Source: an uncultured delta proteobacterium
GTDB lineage: Bacteria; Desulfobacterota; RBG-13-43-22
Assembly (NCBI GenBank): GCA_963790475.1
Contig: CAWBOS010000010.1
Location: 1,088,001-1,152,000, forward strand
Reading direction: 5' to 3'
Length of the DNA: 64,000 nucleotides
Shown here: positions 60,538-64,000 of the stretch, piece after piece
How positions within the stretch are numbered: position 1 is the first letter of the stretch
Layout of the letters: every line of letters begins with the position of its first letter
Program-made: the position numbers and the translations under genes
The notes under the pieces: generated by a model
The model's database searches: none
What the model was told of the DNA's origin: nothing
The model's input: the letters and a program-made list of their open reading frames with translations, nothing else

Positions 60538-61371
60538 ATGAAAAGACAATTCATTCCTTTGTTGGAACGGCCGGTGAAACAAACAGAACCGGCCTGGTGG
60601 TTTATTTTTTCCAAAACCAAGCTGCTCATCACTGCCCCCGATAGCCAACCGGCCATCCCTCTTCTCCCTGGTTTGAAGGATCTGGGTTTTAGTCCTGTGG
60701 AAGAAATTTATTTGGGAACCCTGGAGGGAAAACATTGCTATGCCGCCGCTGTTCCCGATTCGGTCACCGCTATGACCGATATGGCTTTCCTCGACCTGCG
60801 GCAGCTGTACGGACGGCTGGATCAAGAGTTGATCCATCTTTCGTTCCGGGCTATTCATCTCCTCGACTGGTCCCAAAAGACCCGATTCTGCAAACGATGC
60901 GGAATGAAATTGAATCTTAAGGACAGTGAGCGGGCTAAAGAATGCCCGGGCTGCGGGCAACAGAGCTTTCCCCGGATATCCCCGGCTGTGATCGTTCTGG
61001 TGGAAAGGGACAACTCCTGCCTGTTGGCCCGATCTCCGCGTTTCCAGGATGGGTTTTACAGTGTCTTGGCCGGATTTGCCGAACCCGGAGAAACCTTGGA
61101 AAACACGGTGAAGCGTGAGGTAAGGGAGGAGACCGGCATTGAGGTGCAAGACATTCGTTATTTCGGGAGCCAGCCCTGGCCTTTCCCGGACTCGCTCATG
61201 ATCGGTTTCACCGCTCGTTATGCCGGAGGGGAAATCCGGGTGGACGGTACGGAGATCATGGAGGCCGACTGGTTCGCCTACGACCGGTTACCCAAAATTC
61301 CGGGCCGGATCAGCATCGCCAGAAGTCTTATCGACTGGTTTATAAACAAGCATCAAACCGCGAAAGGATAA
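60538..61371 (+). CDS. nudC: NAD(H) diphosphatase
   Basis: FCxxCG...CxxC zinc site, Nudix box and SQPWPFP. Confidence 0.95.
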   Translation: MKRQFIPLLERPVKQTEPAWWFIFSKTKLLITAPDSQPAIPLLPGLKDLGFSPVEEIYLGTLEGKHCYAAAVPDSVTAMTDMAFLDLRQLYGRLDQELIHLSFRAIHLLDWSQKTRFCKRCGMKLNLKDSERAKECPGCGQQSFPRISPAVIVLVERDNSCLLARSPRFQDGFYSVLAGFAEPGETLENTVKREVREETGIEVQDIRYFGSQPWPFPDSLMIGFTARYAGGEIRVDGTEIMEADWFAYDRLPKIPGRISIARSLIDWFINKHQTAKG

Positions 61372-61558
61372 GGGCGGTTGGGATAGGATCGAGTCGGTGT
61401 TGAAATTCTGACCGAAGTACTGGAGTGTTGGAATAATGGAACAATGAAGTTATGGATAAGAAGACAGGAAAGATCATTACTCCAGCACTCCAATTTTTTA
61501 AATTCAAGCTTTCTATGAAAGAAAAAGTCCTCAAAAGAGCTTTAATCCCTGCCGGCAG

Positions 61559-62269
61559 TTAAACCCCCAGGTAGGCTTTCTTGACGTTTTCGTCAAGCAT
61601 CAGATCGGAAGTTTTGCCCTGCAAAGCCAGTTCCCCGTTTTCCAGAACAAAGCCATAGGAGGCCAGCATGAGTCCCAGACGGGCATTTTGTTCCACCAGT
61701 ATCAGGGTCATTCCTTCTTGGTGGATCTCCTTAATTTTTTCCGCCAGCATCTGGCGGAGTATCGGGCTGAGTCCGAGCGATGGCTCATCCAGCATAAGCA
61801 ATTCCGGTTCGGCCATCAATCCTCGAGCGATGGCCACCATCTGCTGTTGACCGCCGCTCAGTTCCCGGCCTTCGGCCCCCAGCTTGTCTTTGAGGTCAGG
61901 GAAAAGATTTAAAGCCTTATCCATGGATTGTTGGATCCCTTTTCGGTCTTTTCTCAAATAGGCCCCCATCATGAGATTTTCCCTGACCGTCAGGAGCGGA
62001 AAAAGCTTTCGGCCTTCCGGGATCTGGATGATACCCCTAGCGGCAATTTTCCCTGGTTTCAGGCCGTTTATTCTTTCCCCTTTAAAGAGGATCTCTCCCT
62101 GCCCTTTTTTTACCTTAACCAGCCCGCTGATGGCATTCAAGGTCGTTGACTTACCAGCGCCGTTAGCCCCCAGGATGGTGACAAAATCTCCTTTATTCAC
62201 TGATAAGGATAGCCTTCGGACCGCTGCTTTTTTGCCGTATCTAACCCAGAGGTTTTTCAGTTCCAGCAT
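61559..62269 (-). CDS. livF: Branched-chain amino acid-type ABC ATPase (LivF-like)
   Basis: GANGAGKST, PEGR, LSGGQQQM and DEPSLGLSP. Confidence 0.9.
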   Translation of the reverse strand: MLELKNLWVRYGKKAAVRRLSLSVNKGDFVTILGANGAGKSTTLNAISGLVKVKKGQGEILFKGERINGLKPGKIAARGIIQIPEGRKLFPLLTVRENLMMGAYLRKDRKGIQQSMDKALNLFPDLKDKLGAEGRELSGGQQQMVAIARGLMAEPELLMLDEPSLGLSPILRQMLAEKIKEIHQEGMTLILVEQNARLGLMLASYGFVLENGELALQGKTSDLMLDENVKKAYLGV

Positions 62270-62271
62270 GG

Positions 62272-63036
62272 TTAAACCATCTCCGTTCCCAGATAGGCCT
62301 CGATGACTTCCTGCCTGTTCATCACTTCTTTCGGTTTACCCTCGGCAATCTTATTGCCGAAGCTGAGGACGACCACCCGGTCGGCCACGTCCAACAAAAC
62401 TTTCATATTGTGCTCTATCAAAATAACGGTGACCCCCTCATCCCTGAGCAACTTGATCTTATCAACGACAAATAAGGCCTCTTCGTGGTTCATGCCGGTG
62501 GTCGGCTCGTCAAGTAGAAGGATGCTGGGATTGGCGATCATGGACATGGCAATGCCGAGCAGCCGTTGAAACCCGTGGGAAAGTCCCTCCGCCGGCAGAA
62601 AGGTATCGTTCAACAGGTCAAGGAGTTTGATCAGCTCGATCACCCGGCCCACTACCCTTTCATTTTCATCCTTCCAGGCCCTGGTATTGAAAAAAGATTG
62701 CCAGTGATTAGTCTTGTATTGCTGGTAAGCACTGATAAGCATGCTTTCAATTACCGTGGCCCCTTCATAGAGAACATTAGACTGGAAAGTCCGGATGATA
62801 CCCTGGGTAGCAATCCGGTCGGGACGAAGCCCGGAAATCTTATTGCCCTTAAATATAATTTCTCCTCTGGTGGGACGAAAATATCCGCTGATGACATTGA
62901 TCAAGGTGGTCTTCCCTGAACCGTTGGGCCCGACAATGCCCAGTATTTCTCCCTGCTCCACCTTCAGGTCGATATCCTCCAGGGCGGCCAGTTTGCCGAA
63001 TGTTTTGGTAACCTTATTTAATTCCAAAAAAGACAT
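62272..63036 (-). CDS. livG: Branched-chain amino acid-type ABC ATPase (LivG-like)
   Basis: GPNGSGKTT, RTFQ, IEHNM and VIEAYLG. Confidence 0.9.
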   Translation of the reverse strand: MSFLELNKVTKTFGKLAALEDIDLKVEQGEILGIVGPNGSGKTTLINVISGYFRPTRGEIIFKGNKISGLRPDRIATQGIIRTFQSNVLYEGATVIESMLISAYQQYKTNHWQSFFNTRAWKDENERVVGRVIELIKLLDLLNDTFLPAEGLSHGFQRLLGIAMSMIANPSILLLDEPTTGMNHEEALFVVDKIKLLRDEGVTVILIEHNMKVLLDVADRVVVLSFGNKIAEGKPKEVMNRQEVIEAYLGTEMV

Positions 63037-63143
63037 TTTGAAAACCTCACGAGAAAATCGAAAAGACAGTTCGGAGTATTGAGTTCGGAGTAAAGGGTTT
63101 TCTCAAAACTCTTCACTCCGAACTCCGAACTATTCGCTTCGAG

Positions 63144-64000
63144 TTATTCATCATCCGAATCCATTTCAAATTCCTTTTCCCGCCAGACTATCTTTGTCCA
63201 GAATCGCCCCCAGAGATCGACCAGCCCGGTTCCTTTGGGTAGAAAGAGCAGCACCAGCACAACCACCGCGCCGAATAACAATTGCTGAATGCCGTATATT
63301 TCCAGGCGGGTCAGATAGCTGCCAAAGGTATAAAGTAAAACAGAGCCGATAATCGGCCCCCCAACCAGAGAACCAATACCCCCCACGATACTCATGATCA
63401 TGATTTGTATGGACTGCCACAGTCCGAGCATAGTGGGTGTTAGGACTGTAAGGAAGTGCGCATAAAGGGAGCCGGCCAGACCGGTGAAAACGCCGGCCAC
63501 GGTAAAGGCAATGACCCTGTATTTCATCAGATACATTCCCTGGTGTTCGGCCAGGACCGAATTGAGAGCCACCCCGGCGAACGAACGCCCCAACCGGCTT
63601 TCGCTTAATCGCCAGAAAATTAAAGCCGTGACAGCCACCAGACCTACCGTTAAATAGAAGAAAGGAACCGAATTGGCAAAAAAATTGATTTCAAAAAACC
63701 CCAGGGAAATGGGGTTCGGCTGGGAAGTAATTAGTCCCCGTGTCCCCCGGGTGACAGATTCCCACTGTTGGGCGATAATGCGGATGACCTCACAGAGAGC
63801 CAGGGTGATGATAGAAAAATAGATACCCCCCACTCGAAGAACCACCATACCGACTAATAAGGCGATAATGCCTGAAACCAAACCAGCCAGTAAAAAGGCA
63901 GACCAAAAGGACCAACCCATTTGAGCCGTAAGTATGGCCGAGGTGTAGCCGCCAATAGCCATGAAAGCCGCCTGCCCCAGGCTGAATTGCCCGGTTCGAA
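63144..64000 (-). CDS. livM: Branched-chain amino acid-type ABC permease (LivM-like, 5'-truncated by window edge)
   Basis: The frame is open to the window end (RTGQFSLGQAAFMAIG), with YFSIITL and many TM segments. Confidence 0.88.
   Translation of the reverse strand, partial: RTGQFSLGQAAFMAIGGYTSAILTAQMGWSFWSAFLLAGLVSGIIALLVGMVVLRVGGIYFSIITLALCEVIRIIAQQWESVTRGTRGLITSQPNPISLGFFEINFFANSVPFFYLTVGLVAVTALIFWRLSESRLGRSFAGVALNSVLAEHQGMYLMKYRVIAFTVAGVFTGLAGSLYAHFLTVLTPTMLGLWQSIQIMIMSIVGGIGSLVGGPIIGSVLLYTFGSYLTRLEIYGIQQLLFGAVVVLVLLFLPKGTGLVDLWGRFWTKIVWREKEFEMDSDDE

Noticed and set aside
60502-61149. 215-aa minus-strand ORF
   Set aside because: It is antisense to the clearly identified nudC.

Overview
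The window looks like chromosomal DNA from a Desulfobacterota/deltaproteobacterial-type genome. That assignment is an inference from the short EF-Ts, PEP-CTERM protein, T2SS layout, selenoprotein and repeat families. Region 1-19.8 kb is a surface-glycan locus: a CDP-3,6-dideoxyhexose pathway with YerE/YerF-like branching enzymes, GtrB-like and GT-C-like proteins, wzm/wzt and multidomain glycosyltransferases. Region 20-31 kb is a repeat-rich accessory island. It holds a sigma54-driven GEVED/PEP-CTERM gene, a low-GC GT31-like gene, a group II intron remnant, and three secreted proteins (one an S8 subtilase) that share a six-repeat FG-GAP C-terminal module. One of the three is preceded by a sigma54 promoter and an intact c-di-GMP-I riboswitch; its paralog has lost the aptamer. 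Region 31-40 kb is the core rpsB-tsf-pyrH-frr-uppS-cdsA-dxr-rseP-tsaB operon. Region 40-46 kb has metabolic/redox genes, including an unannotated UGA/SECIS selenoprotein. Region 46.6-58.5 kb is a type II secretion cluster with a divergent HD-GYP gene, followed by nudC and a liv-type ABC transporter. Six single-base frameshifts, several in normally essential genes, suggest sequencing indels. No rRNA, tRNA, CRISPR array or transposase was seen.
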